Shown here: piece after piece, positions 47,003 to 58,600 of the stretch
Layout: each line of letters begins with the position of its first letter
Numbering within the stretch: the first letter of the stretch is position 1
DNA from: Utricularia gibba
Lineage: Eukaryota; Plantae; Magnoliophyta
NCBI GenBank assembly: GCA_002189035.1
Contig: NEEC01000017.1
Span: forward strand, 2,356,001 to 2,420,000
Length of the DNA stretch: 64,000 nucleotides
Direction of reading: 5' to 3'
Translations under genes and position numbers: made by a program
The notes under the pieces: generated by a model
Database searches by the model: none
The model's input: only the letters and a program-made list of their open reading frames with translations
What the model was told of the DNA's origin: nothing

Positions 47003-47117
47003 TCGATTCCCGTTAGTGCCTGAGGCACGGAACCCTTCATTTTCCCCCCACTATCGCCCCCTCTCCTTCTCTTCCGCACGCGTGCTCTGAAGCTAGTTTG
47101 CTTATCGATCTTTGGGA

Positions 47118-48914
47118 ATGCCGTCGCTCAGGAAGAGGACAAGAGCTCCCAGTCCGATGGCGTCGGACCCTGAGCTACTTTCCGATGAGGAAGAAGATTA
47201 CAGCGATTTGTGTTGCCAGAAATGTGGATCGGGCCAACGCCCCGCGGAGCTTCTCATCTGCGACAAGTGCGATTGTGGGTTTCATACATTTTGCCTCCGC
47301 CCAGTTCTCACCGCCGTTCCCAAAGGACAGTGGTTCTGCCCATCCTGTTCCTCTCACAGAAATGTCACCAGTACGCACTTTCTGGGTTTTCTTCACTGAT
47401 TTTTGTGATGTTTTGTTTCGCGCTGCATTTTATTTTTGGGAGGTGATTTGTATCGCATTCTGTCGATTGAGTCGCATAACTTATTCCAATTGCTTGCAGC
47501 TTATTATCAATCTGGCGGTTTTGTTTTGCGCATTCTGTCAAACCAAAATTTGACATTCTGAAAACCAAAGTTTTGCGTCTTTCGTTTGCAGGCTTCCCTC
47601 TCGTTCAAACCAAAATTGTTGATTTTTTCCGCATTCAAAGATGCTCACAAGTATCTGAAAATCTTTGTTCAGGTAAGAGGCATCTTCAATATATCTGGTA
47701 CATAAAAATTCACCCATTTCCGGTTTGAATAACATATCATGCGTTATCTCAAGAGGGTGGGTGTTAAAGCACTATGACTTGTTGGCTGTTGAATGATCGC
47801 ATTTGTTATCTTGACTGCTCCACAGAATTGAAAAAAAGGCGAAAGCGAAATACTGTACTTGTTATGTCGAAGAAACGAAGAAAGCTACTGCCTTTCAATC
47901 CAAGTGAAGATCCTCTTCGGAGACTAGAGCAGATGGCGTCTTTGGCCACAGCACTTACAGCAACTGGCACAGCGTTCAGCAATGATTTAACTTATGTTCC
48001 TGGCATGGCCCCCAGATCTGCAAATTGTGCTGCCCTTGAAAGAGGTGGAATGCAGGTGCTTATCTAACCGTTTCCTCTCTCTGTTTCGAGTCAATGCATT
48101 CGGTTCGAGTAGTGGAGTTGTTTGGGGTTGTAAAGGCTTATTGTTGCTTGCTTTGAATAGAATGCTAGGAGAGAATCAAGTTAGTTGAATGAAGTAGAGG
48201 GAACTGGACATGGTGTTTGCAGTAGTTTAGCTGCTTCTTGTTCAGTTGCTCGATCAGACGATTACGCACTTTGCAGGTTCTGCCGAAGGATGATGCTGAA
48301 ACGTTGAAGCTCTGCAAGCAGATGATGGAGCGGGGAGAATGGCCTCCTCTTAACGTTATTTTTGATCCTGTAGAGGGGTTCGATCTCTCCCCCGCCATAT
48401 TCCCCATGTTGATAAGCTTCTCCATTCTATGTATCGCTTCTGTAACTTCCTGTTGTCCCGCAGGTTTACAGTGGAAGCAGATAGATCGATACGGGACCTC
48501 ACGATAATCACAGAGTACGTCGGAGATGTCGACTACCTGAGGAATAGAGAACACGACGGTGGAGATAGCATGATGACGCTTCTAACCGCCACGAACCCCT
48601 CAAAGAGCCTAGTCATCTGCCCCGATAGGCGCAGCAACATCGCCCGCTTCATCAACGGCATCAACAACCATACCAAGTACCTGATATCCATCCCTTTTCA
48701 TACGTATCTGCAATCAAGGGAACTCATTCTCAAGCATCGGTCTTTTTGATGCAGGGGAGGGAAGAAGAAGCAGAATGTGAAGTGTGTGCGGTTTGATGTG
48801 GATGGCGAATGCCGAGTTCTTCTCATTGCGAGCAGAGACATCCGGAAAGGGGAGAGGCTCTACTACGACTACAACGGATACGAGAACGAGTATCCGACGG
48901 AGCACTTCGTATGA
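47118..48914 (+). CDS. ATXR6: H3K27 monomethyltransferase ATXR6, 6 exons
   Basis: PHD CQKCGSG...CDKCDCGFHTFCL, PIP box QTKIVDFF, RRLEQMASLATAL, SET EYVGDVDYL...NIARFINGINN...LYYDYNGYENEYPTEHFV*. Confidence 0.95.
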
Positions 48915-49377
48915 TCCTGAACAAAACACAGTATCTTCTAAAGGCGTAGACTTACAGTCAGCTCATCCACATCTATTTTGTCGATGATTTGTCATAGATG
49001 GAAACCATGGTTGATTTTCCTCTGAAAAAATGGAGGTTTAACTTGGATAAATGTTGCCAAAAAACCAACTCCTGCTGCGACGAGCCTTCTCCTGTATCGG
49101 TTTTTGAACTCCGGAAGACAAGTGTAAATAAATCCTGGTTAAACCCTAGCTGATAGTGTTTTGCTTTTACCCACAGTTTTTCTCGCGAGCATTGAGTGGG
49201 TAGTGTGGGTCGAGGGTTCAGGAACATTTTGCTGCCTGCAGTTGCACGACAGGAAACAGTGTTGAATCTCTTGGTTTTGCTTTTAAAAACAAATGTCTAG
49301 AGTTTTGACTTCCCATCACACAGAGTGATGTATACAAACAAACCTCAGTTTTCTGAAGAGCAATCCTGGTTCCTGGT

Positions 49378-49734
49378 TATGACGTCACCCCATTCATGGA
49401 TGATCATCCTGGGGACGATGAAGTTTTGTTATCTTCCACTGGTAAACCGAGCAGCATCCCACTGTATGAACTTTTTCTCCTGTGAACGTAGAATCAGATG
49501 ATGCTCTTCTATTTCTTCGCATTCTGCAGGAAAAGATGCAACCGATGACTTTGAGGATGTTGGCTACAGTGATTCAGCAAGGGAGATGATGACCAAATAT
49601 TACTCAGCAACCGTACCACAGAGTTTGTCATAAAGATATTGCAGTTCCTTGTACCTCTCTTGATCTTGGGGTTGGCCCTTGCTGTCCAACACTACACCAA
49701 GGAGAGGAAAGACTGGATATCCTCGTCATGTTGA
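49378..49734 (+). pseudogene. CB5: Cytochrome b5 relic
   Basis: YDVTPFMDDHPGDDEVLLSST/GKDATDDFEDVGYSDSAREMMTKYY across an intact GT-AG intron (49442-49529). After a frameshifting deletion comes the tail anchor EFVIKILQFLVPLLILGLALAVQHYTKE. Exon 1 is not recognisable. Confidence 0.88.
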
Positions 49735-49746
49735 TGGTGGTTCTGT

Positions 49747-52210
49747 CTATCCATTGTTGGGATTTCTATTGACAGCATCATGTGCTTGCCACGAAGGTTG
49801 ATTGCCACTGGTTGAAATGGGCATGATCGAAGCCTTTTGGTACCTTAGCTTCTCAATTTCCCTTTCCAGATACTCAAGAGTTGTATCAGTCACATGATTG
49901 GGTGCACATCCAGCATCCAGCATCATCTTCAAGAACTTGTTAGCCTCCTTGAGCTTACCCGCTTTGCTGTGAACTTCAATCAGAGTATTGTAAGTCACTA
50001 CATCAGGATTTGTCCCACTGCTCCTCATTTGCTGAAAAAGCCTACCTACATCTTCGAGTCGGCCTGCCTTTCCAAGACAATGGATCAATGTGTTATACAT
50101 AACTATATCAAGGAAACCGCCATCCTTTTGTAACTTGTCGAGGACAGAACTTGCAAGATCTGCCCTCCCTATCTTTCCAAGTCCCTGTATGATCAAATTG
50201 TAGGTAGCTATGTCTGCAGGATAGGTGTTCTCACCCATGGTTTGAAGAACACCCCACACCTCCTTGAAGTACCCTTTCTTTATGAATGAACTCATCATTG
50301 AATTGTAGGTGTAACTTACAGGAGTCACTCCCATTTTGCTGAAAACCTCAAAGAGCTTGCAAGCTAAGCTCAACTTCCCCTTGGCCAAGAAAATAGATAG
50401 AAATGTGTTCACCATGTCGATGTCGAAAAACTGTTCGCCTTTCGACATGACCCTGATTCCTCGAGAGCTCTCAAAAAATTGGGAAGAAGAAGCATAGTCT
50501 TGGCCAGATGACATCTCTCTGGCCAATTGATCCATGTATGGAGAAGATGACCACTCATCCCATCCTGACCATTGCCATCTTCACCGACGCTGCTATCATC
50601 TGGTCGGGTGTCTATGGAATTGGTGAGTTCCAAGACTTTGGTAACATCAGGTACCGGTGGAAACATGGGAGTAAAATCTTTATCTTTGCTCTGTGAACTC
50701 TTCAGTGCACTTTCCATCTTAGATTTCCAGTTGAAAACATTTGGAACCAAATTCCCATCTCTGATATGCTTCATTAGCCTCTCTGTCCAGTCCCACTTTC
50801 CCGTCCTGTGTAAAGCTATCAACAATGAAGTTACAGTAACCAAATCAACCACAAAACCTCGAGCCTCCATCTCTTCCACCAACTGCAATGCTTCTTCGAG
50901 CCGATCCTCACGACAAAGGTTCAGAATGACGATACTGAAACTGATCCCATCAATGAAATCATTGCCCTTCCGTTTAAGATCAGTAAAAAGACAATAGGCA
51001 GCTTCAGGTCTCCCATTTCTGTACAGTCCATTCAAAAGTATGTTATATGTTGAGCATGAAGACCTTACTCCATTTTCGACCATCGTCTCGAAAAAACTGC
51101 AGGCCTCCGTCAGCTTCCTTGACTTGAACAAACCATCTAGGAGAGAATTATATGCTACAGTTTCTGTTTCTACACCATTATAATGCATCTCCCTGAAAAT
51201 CTTCATTGCATCGTTGATCCTATAGGATTTAGAACAGCCCTGAATCAGTATTCTGTATGTGAATGAATCAGGCTCATGACCTGATGAATCTTTCAGCTCC
51301 TTCCACACGACAAGGGCATCGTTCACCTTCCCGAGCAAGCAAAGCACTTGGATCAAGCTGTTGTATGTACACAGATCAGGATAAACTGAACCTCCCTTGT
51401 CTTTCATCTCCTTAAACAGACACAGAGAAGTCTTCAGGTCACCCCATGATCCAAATGCATGAATGCAAATGTTGTAACCCCATTTATCTGATGGATAAAG
51501 CTTCGTCTCCCGCAGCCTCTGAAAAACATCCCTGAACTCATCCTTCAATCCCCCTTCTTCAGGCCAGCAAGTAACTCATTACATGCAAAAGCGTCAGGAA
51601 TGGAACAAGTATCAAGGAGCTTGTAGAAAACCGACAAAGCTATGGAAATCTGATTCTTCCTAACAAGAGCTACAACAACAGGGCAATACACATCCGGGCT
51701 CAAACATGTGTTCATCAATTCTTTCTCAGCGTAATCCAAAACTTGTAGAGCAAACTCAAATTTTTGTGCCTTGATCAACCCACTGAGAATCAGCTTCAAG
51801 GTACCCGAATCAAGCGTCAGCCCATCACGTTTCATCATGGAAAGAAGCTCGACAACGTGGTGGTTGTACCGGTGAGGGAAGAAGAAGATTGCTTTCAGCA
51901 TCTGCGAATAGGTCGTGACAGAATGCTTGTAACCGGGAAGCGAAGATAGCCATTTGAAAAAAGCCAACTTCCTGGACACACCAACAGAACCCCGGCGAAT
52001 CACTTGGAGAACGACGTCTTCAGTGAAGGTAATGGAACCCACATCCTTCGACAGAGAATTTAATCCCCCATTCTCCGATAAAGCCTTGGTTATGGAGGCA
52101 ACTACTAGAACGTCACAAAGCTGGGCGGTCGCCGCCTTCGCAGACACCGTGGAACAGAATCTAGGGCAGAAGCGCAGGGGCGAGCCAAGACGATACCCAA
52201 GCATACGCAT
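49747..52210 (-). CDS. P-class pentatricopeptide-repeat protein (At4g01570-like), intronless, with two apparent -1 frameshifts
   Basis: Tandem PPR motifs (e.g. PDLCTYNSLIQVLC, DIATYNLIIQGLGKIGR, PDVVTYNTLIEV) are spread over three consecutive ORFs. These join if one base is added at C-runs 51550-51554 and 50559-50561. Confidence 0.9.
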
Positions 52211-52677
52211 TCCTCTTCGCCCTCGATCATGATGATCAGAAACAAAAGCGCATCACTCAAGTCGTTCCACCGGAATTCTTCGCAAAAGCACACCTTGGAA
52301 GCGGTAAGAAAATCGACAAGGCGGGCGGCGACAAGAGAACGGGGTTGTAATATTTTGTCGAGTTTTTACAATTTTATTAATTAATGAATAATCAATGAAT
52401 AATATTATGAAGGGGTTTTGCAAAAATAAAGAATAGAAAAATGGGTGTAATTTGGAGGTCCTCCTGCATGAAAGCAATGTAAGAAGAAGCATTACGCACA
52501 ACTGTAGCGCTAAGTCACCTCCCTCCAATGGCGTCTGGATGGATATCCCGCCTCAGCAGAAGCAGCAGCCATCAGCTACCCACCACATAAATGGAGCATA
52601 CAACTCACTCAACATGAATCAGACAGGCGGGGGCTTGCTGGACAACCCCGCCGTCTCCGGAATCCATGGAAAACAGT

Positions 52678-55600
52678 TCAGTGCCGGACCCGGGGGTTGG
52701 CGTTGCGGATGGTGACGCCGTGCAGGAACTTCGTGAACCCGAGAAAACTCAGGTGACCATCGGAGGGCCTGATCCAGTCCTTGAGCTGGGAGTAAGCTGA
52801 GGCACCTAAATTGAGTTCCTGAGATGGGATTTTTGGATGTGAGAGAGGAAAAAAAAAAGGCAGTGATATCAGTTCCTTGGAGCTAAGTAGACCTGTGCCA
52901 GTTCCTTGACGGAGATGATGCGGTTGCCTTCTCGCTCGAAGGCCTGAAATGCAGCACTCGCGATCTCCTCCCATCTTTCAAGTGCCTCGAGCTGGTGAGG
53001 GCTGGTGGATGCAGCGCAGAACTCTTCCCAGTCCATGATTTTATGAGACAGTGGCTCCATCTGCGTTTTTCAAGACCAAAGATGAAGATTTCTCAGTAAC
53101 TAGTGCTAAGGGAATCAACCAACAACCTTTTCCTAGATCTTACTTAACGTACAGATCATGCAAAGCTATCCTCAAAAGATTTTACCCCGAGAAAAAATAA
53201 AGGAACTGATTCTTTGCCATCCTCGACAGACAAAAGTAACAAAGTGATCATCAAAAGAAAAAGCCATTACCATGTTCAGAATATCAGCGACCCTCGATTC
53301 CTTCATGGCATCTGTTGCGTTTCTCACAAGGCCCTTGAAATCAAAACAAGAGTTGCTGGTCAGGGAGCTGCTGAAAGAAACAAAGAGTGGAGATAAAAAG
53401 ACTGCACACCATCCGAAAATTGTCGAGGGAGACATGCCCATCTATTGGTTCTAAAAGCTCAAACTGGGCCCGGAGATAAAGTAGCTCCTCTTCAGTCAAG
53501 GCTTTTGAGAGTGCCTGCACGACAGGCACACATTCCTTAAAGAACAGTTCAACAACAGGAAAGGTAAAAGGTTGCAGTAGTAGACAAAGAGGAATGATGG
53601 TCTTATGATAGAATGCCGCATCACGAATTGGGAACATATATGTGCCTTATGAAGGATAAAACTTGAACATGATATTGGTGGTCGTTCAGAGCACTTACTT
53701 TTAGAGCATCACGCCTCAAGGGTGAGGCTCGAATATAGGATTTCACTAGTCTGTATATCATGATATCCAAAGGAATACTGCAGTTTAAATCCCTTAACCA
53801 TGGATGGGCTGAAGATCACAGAGATAAGTCAGCATTATCACCCTATATGAGTACTTTTACAAAAGAAAAACTCACTCAATGCTTGTGCTGCAGTCATTCT
53901 TTTCCTGTGGTCCCTATTGAGAAGCCTTTTAACAAAGTCCTTGGCTTGTGGTGATACTGAGGGCCATGGTGCATCGTGAAAGTTGGGATCAGCTCTGAGG
54001 ACAGAACGGAAAATCCCAGATTCTGTGCGAGCCCAAAAAGGCCTGCTTCCACATAATAAGATGTATGTTATCACACCAATGCTCCAGATATCTGCTTCAG
54101 TGCTGTATGATCTGTGAAGTACTTCAGGTGCCACATAATATGCACTGCCGACGATATCATTCAGACGCTCATCTGCAATTATGGATCAACAGATCTGTGT
54201 TATCCACAAAGATCATCGAAAAGGGCAAAGAAAAAGCCATGGTTACAGTGCAATGGCAGTTCCAATGAGCTAGGAGAATTTCTGTTTATATACTCAAATG
54301 AAAAGGATTGAGATGCACCTGGACGAATAAAATCAGATAGACCGAAATCTATGACCTTCATGGGAGCATCTTCATCTTTCGTTGCAAACAGAAAATTCTG
54401 CAAGAAATACAGAAAAAAGAAATCCTAAAGGGCCGGAAGCTACCAATCAACATTACTCTACATTATTGAGTCATTAGGAACCATTCACTCAGTATGAAAT
54501 CCTTTTTACCTCGGGTTTCAGGTCCCGGTGGACAACACCTTGTAAATGACAAAAGGCAACAACACTCAGCATCTGTGCAACTATAATTTTGGCGTCCTCT
54601 TCTGTGTACCTTCCACCTCTGCACCAGAGATGCAGTGACAAATCAAGAGAAACCATAGAGTGGTTTTCGCATATCCAGTGTGATTACCTCGACAAAATTC
54701 TATCCAGCAGTTCACCTCCTTCACACAATCTATCAAAAAGAAAACTTAATTAAACGCTTGTCAATGACAAATGTACTCTTAGTAAGAAGCGTAAAAGGAA
54801 AGAACTTACTCCATTACTACATAGACATTATTTGCATCTTCAAATGCATCATAAAACTTTATCAAGTTAATATGTCCAGATAAAGCCTTCAAAATCTTGA
54901 CCTCCCTTCTAACATCCTCAATAGCTATTGCTGTCGTCATCTGTACAAGAAATGGGAAATGGCAAAGGTCATTCACCCCCTCAAACACATAAAAATGCAG
55001 CTCAGTGGGTTGCATCGAAGTAGGAGAACTATTAAGAGAACGATTTGGATTAAGCTAGGCAGCTCTGGACAACCATTGAACTTCCTAAAATAAAAATGCT
55101 ACTTGAAGTTCCAATCACGGAAGGGGCAGCACTTGTCAGCAAGTGGTGGAGCAACGAAGATCCGGGAAGTCTCAACCCGCGAAGATGAATGGCGCGCGAC
55201 CTCTGTTCCTCCCATGAGAAGCAACCCTCAATTAGATTGGGAAAAAGGCCTTATCATACTTGGGCCTCAACATTCCAAACTACTGGCCCAAGAAGAAGCA
55301 TCTGAAGCCCAGTCCATGAAAGAAGTCCTAGTAAATTCTGGCTGCTACACAGTAGATGAACAAGAGGACTAATCTACAGACTAAAGGCAACGGTCATATT
55401 TTAGGCCTGATATGATCCAACGGGCAACTCTCCTCATCTATATAAATCCCTGTTTGCTTTATGAAAAAAAAAAAAAGTTCTTTTCGATCCAAAAACAATA
55501 GTCAATATCCACAAACTTCAACATTCTCTCAACGTTCAACCAAGTCTCCAACAAAATCAAGCAGCCAAAAATACTTTTATGGTGAACCCGACGTGAAGAT

Positions 55601-58600
55601 ACTTCACCGACTCCCATCTCCTCTTATCATTGCAGTCTCTCAGAATGGCAGCCCTCCAACAAGCTCCTCCAATCTTCACTGGTCAGCGCTACGCTTCTTG
55701 GGCAGTACGAATGGAAAGTTACCTGCAAATGAACGACTTATGGTCTGTGGTGGATCCTGTACGTCCAGACTCCTCTGAAATAGCCACAGCAGAAAGTCTC
55801 AAACTCACAGATGCTCAAGTAAAGAAAGCTAAGTATGCTCTGGATCAAGCCTTATCTGAAGAAGTGTTCAACCGTGTTATGCTACTGAAAAGTCCCAAAG
55901 ACATCTGGAAAAAATTGGAGGAATTCTACGGAGAGGATACGGAAGCCCGTGAGAGCCGCATTCAACGTCAATGGGAGCTCTTTGACAACCTGAAATTCTT
56001 ACCAGGTATGAGTATCTCTCATTTTTCAGAAACGCTAATCAAAATTGTCACTGAGTTACAGACCTTGGAGAGCCCTTGGAAGACAGAAGAATTAAATCAA
56101 AAATACTCAGTTCCCTACCGCGGTCCTTTGCCCCTGTAGTCACTACTTTGCGGGTCACAGGCATTCACTCCATATCCTCCAGAAAACTACTAGAAAGACT
56201 CAGTGAATCCGAAGTTGAAGTCGGACTTGGTGAAGGCCAGGAACTTGCCTTCAAGGCAACAGAAAATCAGAAAGGCTATGGTTCTCAATCATCAAATGAA
56301 CCGGTGATCTTTCAAGCAAAAATTGAGAAACCAAGTACTGGAGATTCATGCCCATTCTGCAAGCGAAAAGGCCATTCACCAACACAATGTTTCTGGAGCC
56401 CTGACGCCAAATGCCTGTACTGTTCTCTCCAAGGTCATGTGGACAAAGTGTGTCCCCTGAAAAAATACCATCAGATTGGAGGAAAGGCTGCAGATCCTAA
56501 GGACAAACTTACTAGCGCTATGAATGATGTAAATCTCGCAGCTGAAATGAATAAGAAGAAGATTGATATTTACTCTCTGCGCCGCAAAACTCTAATCACA
56601 TCATTTGTGGATCTAAGGAAACAAGACATCTGGTTTATCGATAGCGGATGCAGTCATCATATAACCAACGACAAGAGTCTATTCACAACCTTCATCGAGC
56701 TAACTGGGAAAGTAATCGAAATTGCTGATGGAAATCACTTACAGGTCATCGGTCAAGGAACAGTTTGCCTTGAAACTGTCCAGAAATTAATCAAGATCAC
56801 AGACGTGTATCTGGTGCCCCAGGCCTACCACAATCTACTAAGCACTGGCCAGCTGGTTGAAAAGGGGATGAAAGTTCATCTGGAAAGTAATGAGTGCAAA
56901 ATATTAGATGAAGAAGATAATATACTCCTTACGGTTGCTATGACTGATAGGGTCTTTCCACTGCTTCCGAATGCTACATCCATCGATTACAACATTTGCC
57001 TCAAGTCCCTAGAATCATCTGAGATTTGGCACCAACGGTTAGGTCACCATCACTATGCCTCCCTTATATCCATGAAGAAGAGAAACCTGGCAGAGGGGAT
57101 TCCTAATATAATTCCTGAGGGAGAACACTGCAGAATATGCTTTCAAGGGAAGATGAGCCGAACACCACTCCCTAAGTCCAGCATTCATTCTCAGAAAAAA
57201 TTGGAAGTTGTTACCAGTGACGTCTGTGGGCCCATGGCCTCTCCTACTCGAGCCGGCAACAAATATTACGTGATCTTTATTGACGAATATTCAAAGTATA
57301 CCTGGATCTATCTCCTGAAGCATAAATCAGAGGTTTTGCACCACTTCCAAGTCTTCAAGGTCCTTGCAGAAACTCAAAGCAATAGTAAGATTCTAACACT
57401 CCGGTCAGACAACGGAGGTGAGTACAAATCAACTGAACTGAGACACATTTGTGAGACAAATGGTATTACTCACCAGTTTACAACGCCATATACGCCAGAG
57501 CAGAACGGCATATGTGAACGAAAGAACAGGACAATAGTCAATATGGCTCGGTGTCTACTCTATCAAAAACACTTACCTCTAGAATTCTGGGGCGAAGCAG
57601 TCAACACAGCCGTGTATCTGTTGAACCGCCTGCCAACCAAAGGAAATAAAGACTGTAAAACTCCTTATGAGCTATGGTACAACAAAATTCCAAGCCTAGA
57701 TCACATGAAGGTATTTGGATCACCCTGCTATATATACATTCCAAAGGAGAAGAGATCAAAATGGGACAAAAGATCTGATGAAGGAATTTTCCTGGGATAT
57801 AGCAATACAAGTAAAGCCTACAGGGTACTGAATCTAAGAACAAATGAGGTGGAACTCAGTCGTGATGTAACAGTAGACGAGACTAGAATTTACAACTGGA
57901 GTTCCTCGACAACACATGACAAAAATCATTCTTATTCAGAAAATATATGGAATTTATTCCCTCAACAAGGACATGATGCAACAACCGAACCCCTCAGCAT
58001 CCACCCAGCGAGGAACAGTCCTAGTCAAGACTCTATTCAACAAGAAATGACAGCCTCAGGAACAAATATGTTAAGGGTCCAAGCAACCCTAGAAGATCAA
58101 ATCACAAACTCAAATGATCGAGCCTCAAACTCAACAGATTTAAGAGGACACTCGGTGTCAACGACAGACATCCTAGAAGTCTCTAATAGCGAAAATTTGC
58201 CACCACCTAGTCCTGATGTTCCGAGAACAATTGAGCCCGAAAGCCCCTGTACAACAGAAGATCCTGTTAATACCCAACAGTTTCCAGAAGGCTCCTTGGC
58301 CACTACTATCGAAGACATGAGATATGAGGATGCAGACTCAGAGCACATACCTGAACAAACTCTAGAATGTCATGAAACCCTCATCAACAGCATCAGAAAT
58401 CCAAAGGAAATCACTGAGCTATCATCAACCGATACATCAGAAGAAGAAAACTCATCAGGAGAAGATGAAGAAACTCAAAACCGAGGACCCAACCTAGCAG
58501 CAAGAAATCCTATACTCATTCCCTCACCTCAAAGGCAAAGTTACCTGGAAGATTACGGACAAGAAGGGGTTCCTTACACCCCACATCATCTATGTATGGA

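Noticed and set aside
55127-55135. Apparent 7-bp TSD GCACTTG
   Set aside because: The extra TG belongs to the LTR, as shown by PPT|TG at the 3' LTR; the true TSD is 5 bp.
55134-55579. CRISPR-like or other array interpretation of the repeats in this window
   Set aside because: Eukaryotic DNA; the repeats are explained as LTRs, microsatellites or tandem duplications.
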